Positions 61,913 through 64,000 of a stretch of 64,000 nt of DNA are shown one piece after another; positions within the stretch are counted from its first letter, which is position 1; every line of letters starts with the position of its first letter. The DNA comes from Amoebophrya sp. A120 (Eukaryota; Protista; Dinoflagellata): contig CAJINV010000001.1 in the NCBI GenBank assembly GCA_905178155.1, positions 6,729,860 to 6,793,859 on the forward strand. The letters run 5' to 3'. Position numbers and translations under genes: made by a program. The notes beneath the pieces are model-generated. The model saw nothing but the letters and a program-made list of their open reading frames with translations, was not told where the DNA came from and ran no database searches.

Positions 61913-63821
61913 TTACAAATCATTTGATAATTTGCGTTTCTTTGTGTCGCTCTGCTGCGCAGCGCTCGCTTTCTTCTTCTTGCGACTTTTCGAATAAAAG
62001 TACGAGTAGTACTCTTCGTTGCCGGTATCCGCAAGTGTAGAAAGCTGCGCCTGGCGCTGCCGCATCAAGGCCGCCTCGAAGGCCGTCTCTAAATCACGCC
62101 GCGAAAGGGCAGGTCCGCCTCCACAAGCCGCAAATGACATCGCGAAATCCGGCAACTTGCTTCGGTTCTCCTCCTTGAAGAGCTGGAAAAACTCGAACAG
62201 TTCGCTTTCACCGTACAACCGAAACTCATTCGATTCCTTGGCCCCCCACTTTTTCCCTGGCTGTCCATCGAGCTCCAAACTCTCCTCGTGCACATTCGTC
62301 AGCAAAGGCGCGTAGGCGATAAAGCGTGCCAAGTCATCCGAGCGGTGGCACTTCACAGTGCGGAGCTTCGGCAAGTACAGCGGCCCCAGCTTTTCTAGAC
62401 CGTAATTCTTGCACAGCACAATCTTCTCCAAAGAGGGACACGACGACAACGATATATCGAGGGAGCAGTTGTGCAGCGAGTAGCAATGATCGAGCTCGAG
62501 AAACTTCAGCGAGGGCAGGGCGAAATGTAACTCGGAGAGGTGGTTGACTTGCCTGATGGACAATCGTTCCAATAGCGGAAAGCTTTCGGCCGAGAGCACG
62601 CATTTGCGGATGTGCACGAAGTCAATCGTCAAGTCTCGTAGCGCGGGAAATCGATACTGCGGATTGGAGAAGATAGTCCAGTTTGCGGTCTTCCGACAAG
62701 TCGTAATGTGTTCAAACTTGTCAGGATCCTCTTCACTCTGCGGAGCGACACCCTTCGTCGGCACCTGCTTTTTCGTTTTACTTTCGTCGTCAGTCAGGAG
62801 GAGCTCCATGTCGGAATCCTCGTCGTAAGTAAATTCTTTCGGCTTCCCGTGACGCTGCGTCTTTTTAAGCGCGACGTCCCGCCGGTATTGTTCCTTCGAT
62901 ATCTTGTCGGTCGACGGCCCGAACTTGATAAAACCCGGTTCACCATTCGGGTCAAAGAACATGAAGTCACTGAATTGAAGTTCGTACAGACCCTCGCCGT
63001 TGAGTATTTGCATCTCTGTGATTTCATCAGTCGGAACTTTTTTTCCCAGAAAAAGTTCGTCAAACGCTTCGCGAGACGTCGCATCCTCAAACCCTTTACT
63101 TTTGATGATCAGCGACACTGCCTTTTCGTTGTCAACGTCTTTTTCTTTCTTGGTGTTGCTTTCCTCAGCTGCATTTGGCGATTTGCTTTCGGCTTTTTTG
63201 TCAGCATCGTCTCGAGTCGGGGTGGGCTGAGCTGTCGGGTTCTTTCGGATTAGCTTCCAATATCCTTCTGGGCACTCGTAATCCATGTCAGCATCGTCCT
63301 CGGATCCACTACCGCCAAAAAGCACGGCGCGCGTGACCGGATTTGTGAACGCATCGGGCCCATACTCCGCATAGAACTCCCCGAGCGACATTCTTTTTCT
63401 ACTTAAAATAGTTTTGCCCTGTTCTAGTAACTTAGCTTCATCCAAGTCTCTGATTCTGCCATGCCGATTCCATGAAAAATAGTTGATTCTGATGAAGTGC
63501 TGAAGTGTACAAACGAATAGTAGCAGATTGCCCTGGATGTACTTCCTACCGGCAATCAAGTAAGTATTTTTCGCGAGCTGACACCAGGCACAAGGAACCA
63601 GGAACAACCGAGAGGTTGGTGTTGAAGACGAAGATGAACTTGAAGTCATTCTTATTCCATAGATACTCGCCAATGCCTCGCTCCATAATTCGGATTTCAT
63701 CTATAGTTTTCCAGACCGCACCGGATCCTTTTATTTCTGGATTCACATAGATCCAGGATCTGGCTGCCTTGTCAGTCTCCGATTTCGATGGAGAACAGGC
63801 CCTCGATTCATTGTGTCGCAA
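61913..63821 (-). CDS. Leucine-rich-repeat protein of unknown function; 5' end uncertain
   Basis: FPALRDLTI, FPLLERLSI, LPSLKFLELDHC, CPSLEKIVL and LPKLRTV. A probable GT-AG intron with donor at 63666 links to an upstream exon. Confidence 0.6.
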
Positions 63822-64000
63822 AAGCGGCTGTTGAGAAGCCAGCAGCTCATGGCGCTTTGCATTTGCGACAGGTATCCGTTATCTTGTTTAGGACACATGC
63901 CGGCTCCGATAGTTTGTTCGTCATGTTGCTTCGCAGCAGCGCTTCTTTGCCTTGTGCTGGAGCAAATTAAGCGACACACCAGTTTAGCTCCGTGTGAAAG

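Noticed and set aside
23-63970. Numerous plus-strand ORFs (e.g. 8353..9561, 2978..3895, 17806..18879, 37516..38439)
   Set aside because: They are antisense shadows of GC-rich minus-strand CDSs with no recognisable motifs.

Overview
Eukaryotic, gene-dense genomic DNA. It is most consistent with a syndinian dinoflagellate such as Amoebophrya; this is inferred from gene organisation and intron types, not from a database search. All 14 genes I can reconstruct lie head-to-tail on the minus strand: a secreted ankyrin/PAN-like protein, a SWEET-like transporter, an ABCG transporter, a C2-domain membrane protein, a giant acidic AT-hook protein, proline iminopeptidase, a TMEM87/GPR107-like protein, Cdc6/Orc1, an LRR-IQ protein, a TIM-barrel isomerase, a GST-like protein, RPA1, a BioD-like ATPase and an LRR protein. 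Besides about 23 ordinary GT-AG introns, seven insertions interrupt coding sequence. Each has terminal inverted repeats and a 5-bp direct repeat (target-site duplication), and removing the element plus one repeat copy restores the reading frame exactly. None can be drawn as GT..AG in any register. Six are 252-307 bp with TAT...ATA ends, belong to at least four TIR families, and share an internal TTGTCATG(C) motif. The seventh is a 2.9-kb foldback element with TTA...TAA ends, built from ~350-bp tandem units and nested palindromes. Together they point to a transposon-derived introner system with a non-canonical removal mechanism.
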